A program made the translations under genes and the position numbers. The notes under the pieces are model-generated. The model did no database searches, had not been told where the DNA came from, and saw only the letters and a program-made list of their open reading frames with translations. This document shows, piece by piece, positions 39,396 through 47,492 of a DNA stretch of 64,000 bases. The stretch lies in the NCBI GenBank assembly GCA_050743365.1, contig JBOGFI010000050.1:2917-66916 (forward strand). The letters are read 5' to 3'. The first letter of the stretch is position 1. Each line of letters begins with the position of its first letter. Source of the stretch: Acidimicrobiia bacterium (GTDB taxonomy: Bacteria > Actinomycetota > Acidimicrobiia > IMCC26256 > JACDBD01).

Positions 39396-40535
39396 CTAGT
39401 GGGAACTTGCGCCTCGTTGGTTCCGGGCGGTACCGATGAGGTGCTTCGTGCCTAGCACCTGCTCGGCAGTCCCGGAACGCATCGATTGGGAACGGTTGAC
39501 GACGTTCCCGAGCATGGAACGCGTCGTGCGGACGGGGTGTCGTATCGACCAGGACTGCAGACCGTAGGTCCGCCAGCGCCCAGCGACCACGGCGTAATCC
39601 ACCCTCACATCGTCGAAGAACCCGCGAAGAAGCTCTTGGAGCTCAGCCTTGCGGTAGTGGCGCTTGTGATCTTCGGCGGGTACCGGGTCGTTGTCACCGT
39701 TCGGCGTCGTCATGAGAAAGAAGCCACCCGGGCGCAGCACTCGGCTGACATTCGACACAAAGGACGCGTCGTCCTCGACATGCTCGAGAACCTCCACCGC
39801 CACGACACCGTCGAACGATCGTGTTGGGAACTTGGTCTGCGTCATGTCGTCGTACACGACGTCGATAACGTTGCTTCGCCGCGATTTTGTCTGATCGATC
39901 ATTTCCTCGTTGATACCGAGGTTAAGCGCATGTTGCATGCGGCTCTCGCGCGGTAGATCGCTGATCGTGACACGTGCTGGTACACCGACCGTGTAATGCG
40001 ACTTGCGGCCACCCACATCGAGAAGGGAGACCGGAGCCCCCGACGTTTCGACGAGAGTTCGAAGACGGCGTCTGATCTCGCCATATAGGGGCAGCATCAG
40101 CGGCTGGAGCACGACGTAGCCGTACTCAAATGGCTTCACGGATAGACCCCGAATCTGCCCGTCTCGGCTGAGTCGGCCATCCGCTGACAGTATGCGCAAA
40201 GTGAGTCGAGTGCGTGTCGGCGGTCTCGTGCCGTACGAAGCGCGTAGTTCCCCGTAGGAAGCTGGGGTCAACCACGGGCGCGCTGGGCCACTGGGTGAAA
40301 GGATCGCCTGGAGTGCGGTGAGGCCGAGGTTTCCACCGGCGACGAGGTCGCCGAGCTGCGGATGAAGCGTCATGTCCTCAAACGAACCGTGGTCCTGTGG
40401 CCGACGCGAAAGCGCGGCGTCATCGTCGCGGCCCACAAGGACCGACCTGATCGGCTGCCCCTGCCCTTCCCTGCCTACGAACGCGCTCACGACGTGACTC
40501 GAGCAGAACAGTGCATCCGAGTCGCCCGACGACAC
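39396..40535 (-). CDS. Class I SAM-dependent methyltransferase
   Basis: 379-aa ORF whose start is uncertain (GTG 40535). Motifs are LLDVGGRKSHY, DGVVAVEVLEHV and LRPGGFFLMTTPN. Confidence 0.65.
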   Translation of the reverse strand: MSSGDSDALFCSSHVVSAFVGREGQGQPIRSVLVGRDDDAALSRRPQDHGSFEDMTLHPQLGDLVAGGNLGLTALQAILSPSGPARPWLTPASYGELRASYGTRPPTRTRLTLRILSADGRLSRDGQIRGLSVKPFEYGYVVLQPLMLPLYGEIRRRLRTLVETSGAPVSLLDVGGRKSHYTVGVPARVTISDLPRESRMQHALNLGINEEMIDQTKSRRSNVIDVVYDDMTQTKFPTRSFDGVVAVEVLEHVEDDASFVSNVSRVLRPGGFFLMTTPNGDNDPVPAEDHKRHYRKAELQELLRGFFDDVRVDYAVVAGRWRTYGLQSWSIRHPVRTTRSMLGNVVNRSQSMRSGTAEQVLGTKHLIGTARNQRGASSH

Positions 40536-40753
40536 GTCAGACGCCGGAACCTGGTTCGATCGGCGGGTTCTGCCGAGCGCACTACGGAGGCGTGCTCACC
40601 ACGGCCGGGACCTGGGTCAGAGGTCGCAGTCGACTCAGAAGTTGCGGTCTGGGCGCGTTCGTCGGCGAGGATCTCGTCCGGCGATATGGGATAGATTGGT
40701 CATTCGGCGCCTCGCGCGGGTTGTTGGATCGACCGGCTGGACCGGGGGACCCA

Positions 40754-42553
40754 ATGGAAGTCGATACCGAGACACCGGCCGATCTTCGTCGGACCGTGGA
40801 CGCGCTGTGGCGACGCAAGGCGTGGGTGATCGGCGCCGTCGGGCTCGCGGTGCTCGCTTCTCTCGCGCTCTCCCTGCGGACGACGAAAACGTACGCTGCA
40901 TCCGCTCAGGTGCAGCTTCTCGACCTCTTCCAGAGTTCCGTTTTCGCCGACACCCCGGTTGCGGTCGCCAATCCCCAGCAGATCGCCGACTCGCAAATCG
41001 AAGTTGTCGAGTCGCCTGGCATAGCACGACGAGCCGCAGAGCGCCTCGGCCCACGGCACAGCAAGGTGAAGTCGCTAAAAGCTCGCGCCGTCGGCGAGAG
41101 CACACTGCTGGATATTCGGGTGACCAGTACCAGTCCGGCGGTCGCCCGAGACGGCGCCAATGCGTATGCCGAGGCGTATTCCGATGAGGCACAGGGATTG
41201 GTGTCGAGTGCCTACATCGACCGGTCGGAGGAACTCGAGAGCTACGCCGAAGAGCTGCAGCAACGAATCGCCGACCTCGGAGCGCGCATCGACCAGCTGA
41301 ACAACGAGATCGCCCCCCTCGAAGGCAATCCCTTTGAGCAGGCACGGCTGGCGACGCTGGAGAGCGAGCTGCGACGCGTCGAACCTCAGCATGACGCGCT
41401 CGTCGCTCGCGCCGATGAGACCGCGCAACGTATCGACGAGCTACGGGTCGAGGCCGCGGCGCAGGCCAACAGTGTGGCGCGGGTCGTTAGCTTGGCGGGA
41501 CTTCCGTCGGATCCGGTGTCGCCAAAACCGATGCGCGACGCTGTAATCGCCGCTGCTATCGGGCTCGTCGTCGGTCTCGGTCTGGTCTTCGCCCGCGAGT
41601 CGCTCGGTGGGGCGGTGAGCGGGCCCGACAACGTGAGCGAACTGCTCCCCAGCGTGCCTCTGCTCGGCGCCACGCTCGACACCACGGGACGGCGAGACCG
41701 CCTGCGGCACACGCTGGCACGGCTGGTCCGCCGACGGGCGCCGAAGCGCCAGCGAGCAAGGGAGCTGCCGGTCACGTTCACCGACCCGGCCTCACCCGCA
41801 GCCGAGGCGTACCGGTCGGTCCGCACCAGCCTCGGACTCGTCAAGGAACGCGGCGTGATCCTGCTGACGAGCCCGGCGCCGCTCGACGGCAAGACCACGA
41901 CCGCGGTGAATCTGGCCGCGAGCCTCGCCGCCGACGGTAAGCGAGTCATCCTCGTGTCCTGCGACCTGCGCCGCCCCAGCCTGCACGAGCACTTCGACCT
42001 CGGCAACGACGTCGGCGTGACGTCGGTGCTGCACGGGCGCGCCACGCTCGACGAAGCCCTCCAGCCAGTCCCGGGGACCAACGACCTGCTGACGGTCCTG
42101 GCGTCGGGCCCGCTTCCGCCGAACCCGTCCGAGCTGCTCTCGTCGGCCGCGGCCGGTGACCTGCTACGCAGGCTGAGCACCATGGCCGACTACGTGCTCG
42201 TCGACTCGCCGCCGGCTCTCGCCTTGACCGACGCGGTCGTGACCGCTCGGTGGGCCGACGCCGTTGTCCTCGTGGCCCGGCAAGGCTTCACGAGCCAGCG
42301 TGCACTCGTCAGCACCGCCGATCTCCTGCGGAAGTCGGGCGCCGACCGCGTCTACACGATCGTGGCCGGTGTCCCCGCCACGAGGCGGTCCTACTCGTAC
42401 GACTACTACTACAAGGGCTCGACCGTCAGCCGCGACGGCAAGGGTCCACAGGTGCCGGTCGCCGCCCCGGCGCCGGTCGTCCCTGACGACAGCGGGGCCG
42501 AGCTGGCCTGGCGAGCGCCAGGGACGCAGGCCGATACCGAGCCGGGCAACTGA
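40754..42553 (+). CDS. Polysaccharide co-polymerase / tyrosine autokinase (Wzc-like, PCP2a)
   Basis: ATG 40754 inside ORF 40511..42553. The N-terminal Wzz-like domain has two TM spans and a coiled coil. The kinase has Walker A PLDGKTT, A' VILVSCDLRRP and B YVLVDSPP. The C-terminal Tyr cluster is SYSYDYYYKG. Confidence 0.85.
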   Translation: MEVDTETPADLRRTVDALWRRKAWVIGAVGLAVLASLALSLRTTKTYAASAQVQLLDLFQSSVFADTPVAVANPQQIADSQIEVVESPGIARRAAERLGPRHSKVKSLKARAVGESTLLDIRVTSTSPAVARDGANAYAEAYSDEAQGLVSSAYIDRSEELESYAEELQQRIADLGARIDQLNNEIAPLEGNPFEQARLATLESELRRVEPQHDALVARADETAQRIDELRVEAAAQANSVARVVSLAGLPSDPVSPKPMRDAVIAAAIGLVVGLGLVFARESLGGAVSGPDNVSELLPSVPLLGATLDTTGRRDRLRHTLARLVRRRAPKRQRARELPVTFTDPASPAAEAYRSVRTSLGLVKERGVILLTSPAPLDGKTTTAVNLAASLAADGKRVILVSCDLRRPSLHEHFDLGNDVGVTSVLHGRATLDEALQPVPGTNDLLTVLASGPLPPNPSELLSSAAAGDLLRRLSTMADYVLVDSPPALALTDAVVTARWADAVVLVARQGFTSQRALVSTADLLRKSGADRVYTIVAGVPATRRSYSYDYYYKGSTVSRDGKGPQVPVAAPAPVVPDDSGAELAWRAPGTQADTEPGN

Positions 42554-42597
42554 CGAGCCGCCAGAACGGCGAGCCGTGACGACAGGGCGCTAACAGA

Positions 42598-45519
42598 ATG
42601 GCCGGCCGGTGGGCGCTCGGCTTCGCGGTCGCGGCGGGGCTGGTGCTCGCGGGCTCGGCACTGCTGGAACGGTCGGCGCGCTCAGCCCGTGGGCGCCGCG
42701 GGGAGCCACCGTCGTCATCGGGCAACGAACGGCTCCGAAGCCTCGGCGGGGTCGCGGTAGTCGTCGCCGCGCTCGCCGGGTGGCTCACCGGCCCGGCCTT
42801 CCCGGGATGGGAGGGGACGACGGCGCTGGGCGCCGGCGCCCTTCTGGGCGCCGGCATAATCGTCGGGCAGCACGCACTCCCGGCGTGGACGCGCACCGCC
42901 ACCCTGCTCGCAGCGGCGGCCGCCGTCGCGGCTGCGGGCGTGCGGGCCGAGCCGACGGGCATCGACGCGCTCGATCTCGGCATCACCCTGGCCTGGATCG
43001 TCGTGGTCACCAACGGCGTACGTCGGCTCGATCGCATCGAGGGGCTCGCCATCGGCGTCATGGCGGCCGCGACGGGCGGGATCTTCGCGGTGGCGGCCTT
43101 TGGTGATCAGGATGTGGTGGCGGTCATGGCCGTGTCGCTCCTCGGGGCCTGCTTCGGCTTCTCGGCCTACAGCCGCCGGCGCGCATCGCGTTTTCTCGGC
43201 GGAGCCGCGATCCTGCCGCTCGGCTTCGTCGTCGCGGTGCTCACGATCGAGCTGGACCCGGCCATCGAAAAGCCCGGAAGCGTCCTGGTACCGCTGCTCT
43301 TGGCGGCGGTTCCGCTGCTGGACCTCGGTGTCGTCTTGCTCGACCAGCTCCGCCGCGGACGAGAGCTGGGCCGGAGCCGGCGCCACCATCTCAGCCATCG
43401 GCTGCATACGTTGGGGCTGTCGCGTGGCGCGGCAAATGTAGTGCTGGTCGCGGTCCAGCTGGGGATGTCGGCCGTCGCCGTCTTCGCCGGCCGGGGCGTG
43501 TTGCCGATCCCGTGGGCGGCGGCCGCCGTAGGCGGCCTCGCCGTCGTCGTCCTGGCGCTCGCGCTCGCCGCACCGGTCCACCGGACGCCGGCGCGCGGCT
43601 TCTCCGTCGGCCTCAAGTTCGGGATCACGGTCCTGCTGCTGGGAGTGGCGGGCGTGTCGGCGGCCGCCTCATGGACGGCCCTCGACGTCCGCGACACGAT
43701 GAACGAGGCGCGGCGGATCGCCGAGCGGGCGCTCGATTCCGCGCGCGACGGCGACGCCGACGCGGCCCAGGTCGACTTCGGCGAGGCCGCGATCCGGTTC
43801 GAGGATGCCCGCGATCGCCTGGACGTCCTGTGGCTCCGGCCCGCGCTGGCGGTGCCCGTCGTGGCGCCGAACCTTGCCGCGGCTCGAGACGTCGCCCAGG
43901 TGGGCCTCGACCTGAGCCGGGCGGGCCAGCGGCTGACCGGAAAGGTCGACCAGGAGCGGCTGCGGGTGGTGGACGGCACCGTCCCGCTCGACGAGGTCGA
44001 GCGGCTCACCCCCGACCTCGAGGACGCGGCCGCGATTCTCGACGACGCGCTCCAACGCCTCGATGGCGTCGACGAGACCTACCTGCTCGGGCCGGTGCGC
44101 GACGCCCTCGAGCTCCTCGACCGCGAGCTGACCGACGCCGACAGGGAGGCAGACAACTCGGCGGTGGCGGCCCGGCTGGCGCCGGCGATCCTCGGCCGGG
44201 ACGAGCCGCGCCGGTACTTCCTCGCGGTGCAGAACAGCGCCGAGCAGCGGGCTACCGGCGGGCTCATCGGCAACTGGGGAATCCTCGTCGCCGAGAACGG
44301 CGAGGTGCGACTCGAGGAGTTCGAGCGCATCAGCCTCCTCATCCAGGCCTCGCGCGCGAGCGATCCGACGCTGCACGCGCCCGACGACTACGTGGAGCGC
44401 TACGAGCGCTTCTCGCCCGCAGTCCTGTGGCAGAACGTGAACTTCTCGCCCGACTTCCCCACCGTCGGCGGCGTGATCTCCGACCTCTACGCCCAGGTGG
44501 GTGAAGGGGAGATCGACGGCGTCATCGCGGTCGACCCGCAGGGCCTGGCCGCGCTGCTCGAGCTCACCGGGCCCATCCGCGTGGAGGACTGGCCCGATCC
44601 GATCACGAGCGAGAACGTGGTGGACGTCACCCTCCGCGACGCGTACACGGCCTTCGCCAGCCAACCGGAGCGGGTCGACTTCATCGGCGACGTGGCCGAG
44701 GTGGCGATCGACACCGCCACCGAGGGAGAGATCGGCGAGCCAGCCGAGATCGCTCGCGTGCTCGGACGGGCGGCACGGGAGGGGCACCTCCTGCTCTCGT
44801 TCGTGCGTCCCGCGGAGCAGGTCCTGGCCGAGCAGCTGCAGGCCGGCGGCAGCGTCTCCGAGCCGGAGTCGGATTCGGTGCTGGTCACGAGCCAGAACGT
44901 CGGCCGCAACAAGCTCGACTACTACCTGCGGCGGCAGGTCGGCTACACGGTCCTTCTCACACCCGCCGACTCGGGTGACCGCGCGGCGGTCCAAGGGCGT
45001 CTCGAGGTGCGGCTCGAGAACAGCGCGCCGGGGAGCGGTCTACCGCAGTATGTCATCGGCCCCGCGGAGGGCAGCGAGGATCTGGTGGCCGGCGAGAACC
45101 GGATGTTCCTCTCGCTCTACACCCCGTCTCGTGTCAGCGGCGTCACGCTCGACGGCGACGCCATCGGGGTCGAGTCGGGGACGGAGCTGGGTCACCGCGT
45201 GTTCTCCGCCGACGTCAGCGTCCTGCCCCAGAGCTCTCGTGTCCTCTCCGCCGAGGTGACCGGAGAGGTCGCGCTCGAGGACGGTGGCTGGTACGAGGTG
45301 AACCTCCCCCGCCAGCCGCAGCTGACCGCCGACGACGTGAACGTCACAATCGAGGTGCCTCGAGGATGGCGCATCGCCGAGGTCGACGGTCTGCGCCGAA
45401 GGAGCTCGCGGAGCGCGGCCCGCCATCTCGAGCTCACCGCGCCCACGTCACTGCGGGTCCGACTCGTCCCGGACCAGGATGGCAGGAACCTCTGGGAGCG
45501 GCTCAACGCGGGCACCTAA
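42598..45519 (+). CDS. Degenerate WecA/MraY-like (PNPT) membrane domain fused to a DUF4012 domain
   Basis: 973 aa. Residues 1-330 are polytopic with PNPT-like landmarks (RSLGGVAV, TNGVRRLDRIEGLA, RFLGGAAILPLGF, RRHHLSHRLHTLG), but the acidic catalytic positions are substituted. The C-terminal ~600 aa carry the DUF4012-type FLAVQNSAEQRATGGLIGNWG motif. Confidence 0.75.
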   Translation: MAGRWALGFAVAAGLVLAGSALLERSARSARGRRGEPPSSSGNERLRSLGGVAVVVAALAGWLTGPAFPGWEGTTALGAGALLGAGIIVGQHALPAWTRTATLLAAAAAVAAAGVRAEPTGIDALDLGITLAWIVVVTNGVRRLDRIEGLAIGVMAAATGGIFAVAAFGDQDVVAVMAVSLLGACFGFSAYSRRRASRFLGGAAILPLGFVVAVLTIELDPAIEKPGSVLVPLLLAAVPLLDLGVVLLDQLRRGRELGRSRRHHLSHRLHTLGLSRGAANVVLVAVQLGMSAVAVFAGRGVLPIPWAAAAVGGLAVVVLALALAAPVHRTPARGFSVGLKFGITVLLLGVAGVSAAASWTALDVRDTMNEARRIAERALDSARDGDADAAQVDFGEAAIRFEDARDRLDVLWLRPALAVPVVAPNLAAARDVAQVGLDLSRAGQRLTGKVDQERLRVVDGTVPLDEVERLTPDLEDAAAILDDALQRLDGVDETYLLGPVRDALELLDRELTDADREADNSAVAARLAPAILGRDEPRRYFLAVQNSAEQRATGGLIGNWGILVAENGEVRLEEFERISLLIQASRASDPTLHAPDDYVERYERFSPAVLWQNVNFSPDFPTVGGVISDLYAQVGEGEIDGVIAVDPQGLAALLELTGPIRVEDWPDPITSENVVDVTLRDAYTAFASQPERVDFIGDVAEVAIDTATEGEIGEPAEIARVLGRAAREGHLLLSFVRPAEQVLAEQLQAGGSVSEPESDSVLVTSQNVGRNKLDYYLRRQVGYTVLLTPADSGDRAAVQGRLEVRLENSAPGSGLPQYVIGPAEGSEDLVAGENRMFLSLYTPSRVSGVTLDGDAIGVESGTELGHRVFSADVSVLPQSSRVLSAEVTGEVALEDGGWYEVNLPRQPQLTADDVNVTIEVPRGWRIAEVDGLRRRSSRSAARHLELTAPTSLRVRLVPDQDGRNLWERLNAGT

Positions 45520-45562
45520 CGCGGCACCGGCGGGCGCGCGATGCGGGGTCGCCCGATGGGTG

Positions 45563-46224
45563 TCAGACGGTCAGCTCGACCGGCACCACTGTCACCTCGA
45601 GCACCCGATCCCGACGCAGCAGCCGGACGGGGAGCGAACGACCGATCGCGTCGTCGAGCATGAGCCCTTGGAGCGCGCCGACTCCGTCGACGGGCACGCC
45701 GTCGACGTCGAGGACCACGTCCTGCGCACGCAGTCCCGCCCGCGCCGCGGGGCTGCCGTCCACCACCTCGGCGATCGAGACACCGGCGCGCCGCCCCGAT
45801 GATCCGCCGGGTCGTGCGGTCGATCGGCACCGCGAGGCCCACACCGAGCCCGGCGACCGCGGTGTTGACGCCGACGACCTCACCGCTGCTGTCGGCGAGC
45901 GCCCCGCCGGAGTTGCCGGGGTTGAGAGCGGCGTCGGTCTGGATCACGTTTTCGACGATGCGCGTCGCCGACCCGATCCGCGTGGGCAACGAGCGGCCGA
46001 GCGCGCTCACGACGCCGGCCGTGACCGACCCCGAAAGACCCAGCGGGTTGCCGACGGCGACCACGAGCTGCCCCACCTCGAGGCGCTCCGCGTCGCCGAG
46101 GACGGCCGCGGGAAGGCGCCCGCACGCACGCGCACGACGGCGAGGTCGGACAGGGGGTCTCGGCCGAGTAGGCGTCGAGCGCGTCCGCCGACCGCGCGTC
46201 GCCGAGCCGGCTCGTCTCGTCCAT
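45563..46224 (-). pseudogene. HtrA/DegP-like serine protease pseudogene (N-terminally truncated, frameshifted)
   Basis: Three minus-strand frames carry consecutive homologous pieces. The first is ...GGRARRLLGRDPLSDLAVVRVRAGA. The second is LPAAVLGDAERLEVGQLVVAVGNPLG...ALNPGNSGGAL...LAVPIDRTTRRII. The third is GRRAGVSIAEVVDGSPAARAGL...VVPVELTV* (PDZ). The protease-PDZ linker and the catalytic His region are missing. Confidence 0.6.
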
Positions 46225-46397
46225 CGCTCGGCCTAATCGATTACACGATTACAGGTCTCCAACCGACGACGGCAGCGGAACCTTCCCGGGCACGTGTGAA
46301 GCCACCGAAGTGCTTCGGGCGACTCCGTGTCCGGCGGGGATGGGGGTAGGGATCGTAGGGATGGCAGGACTCGGTCGGGCGGCGTCGGCCGCCCGGA

Positions 46398-46520
46398 TCA
46401 GAATGGGCCGGAGATGGCCCGCGACAGCACGAGGAGCTGGACTTCCGAGGGTGCCCTCGAAGAGCGCGTAGGTGCGGACCTGGCGTCTGCGCGGGAGGGC
46501 CGAGTTCGCAAACCGTGCTC
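46398..46520 (-). pseudogene. Acyl-CoA dehydrogenase 3'-terminal remnant
   Basis: The minus strand reads ...ALPRRRQVRTYALFEGT, then one extra nt at 46449, then SEVQLLVLSRAISGPF*. Compare the intact ACAD C-terminus (56179..) DSKIYTLFEGTSEIQRLVVARAISGMHIQ*. A 7-bp GC hairpin (46377-46394) follows the stop. Confidence 0.5.
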
Positions 46521-46807
46521 GCGCCCAGTGAGTCCAGCGAGTCCACTGGGGAGGACGAAGGTAGGGACCTAGGCACGAAGATCCCTTCGACGATCTTCGA
46601 TCCCGACGAAAATTGGCATGTCAAGGCTGACGCACACCGTCCGACTCGCGATCGCGGCGCACGGTCCGGTGGCTCCAACAAGGCGCCCCGTCCCCCTCCC
46701 GTCGGGTTGATCGCCAGCTGGGGTGGCCACGGGGCACCGAGGCGCAACAGTCGGCCCCGGTCTCCCGGACGATGCTCGGGTGGTGAACCTCGACGTAGCC
46801 TCAACGC

Positions 46808-46990
46808 GTGTTGACACGCGAACAGCTGCACGAGTTGACGCGGCTCATCGCTCGCGCGCAAGACGTTGTTACGGAGTTGCGAGAGGGTCCCGGCGAGAGA
46901 CGCTACGACGACCTGATCGACGAGCTGCGATACGTGCAGCAGCGGATCGGCACCCTCCTACCGCCAGCCACGGCCCGCGATGAGGACTGA
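46808..46990 (+). CDS. Small hypothetical helical protein (60 aa)
   Basis: MLTREQLHELTRLIARAQDVVTELREGPGERRYDDLIDELRYVQQRIGTLLPPATARDED has coding-like GC3 and heptad-like charge spacing. There is no SD and the start is GTG/TTG. It sits in the decay zone. Confidence 0.3.
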   Translation: MLTREQLHELTRLIARAQDVVTELREGPGERRYDDLIDELRYVQQRIGTLLPPATARDED

Positions 46991-47492
46991 GCTTGGTCGC
47001 GCTTCCCACACGATGTTCGTGTGGTGAACGGCTCCGGCTCCCGTGGAGGCTCGGTCGGTTGGCTCCTTCTTGATCGGGTGTATGTCACAGAGAAATCCAC
47101 ATCAGGGCGGATAGGCGCCGTGGGTCTATGCACCTCGCCCGACTTAACGCGTTTGTGGTGTAGCGCTACGCGGCACCGAGCGGTGACCCGGCCCTGAACG
47201 CCCAGCTTGCCGCTCGCGACGGTGGCGCGCGACCCGAGCTCCGGATACCACTCCACCACATGGGTCAGCTCGCCGAGACGGAGCCCGGCCTTGAGTCCGC
47301 AGCCTCCCTTCGCCGAGGCCAGCCGGGCGGTGGTTCCGACCGAGCGGGGCAGCGTCACCGCGGGACGCGTACCAGCGGGTTCGGGCGCCGAGATGGATTT
47401 TCGGTGAATTGCCCATACACCGGATTGGCCGCCGCGCCGCGAGGGTACGCCTGAGGTTTTGCGGCCTGTCGCGGCGGCGAGGGGAGCGGAAG

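Noticed and set aside
47150-47360. Minus-strand segment LKAGLRLGELTHVVEWYPELGSRATVASGKLGVQGRVTA, faintly reminiscent of a MoaD/ThiS-type or RlpA-like protein
   Set aside because: The resemblance rests on a few residues (YPEL). There is no C-terminal GG, no credible start or stop, and the frame is part of a long shadow ORF overlapping the surface-protein start. It could be another gene remnant, but I cannot support that.
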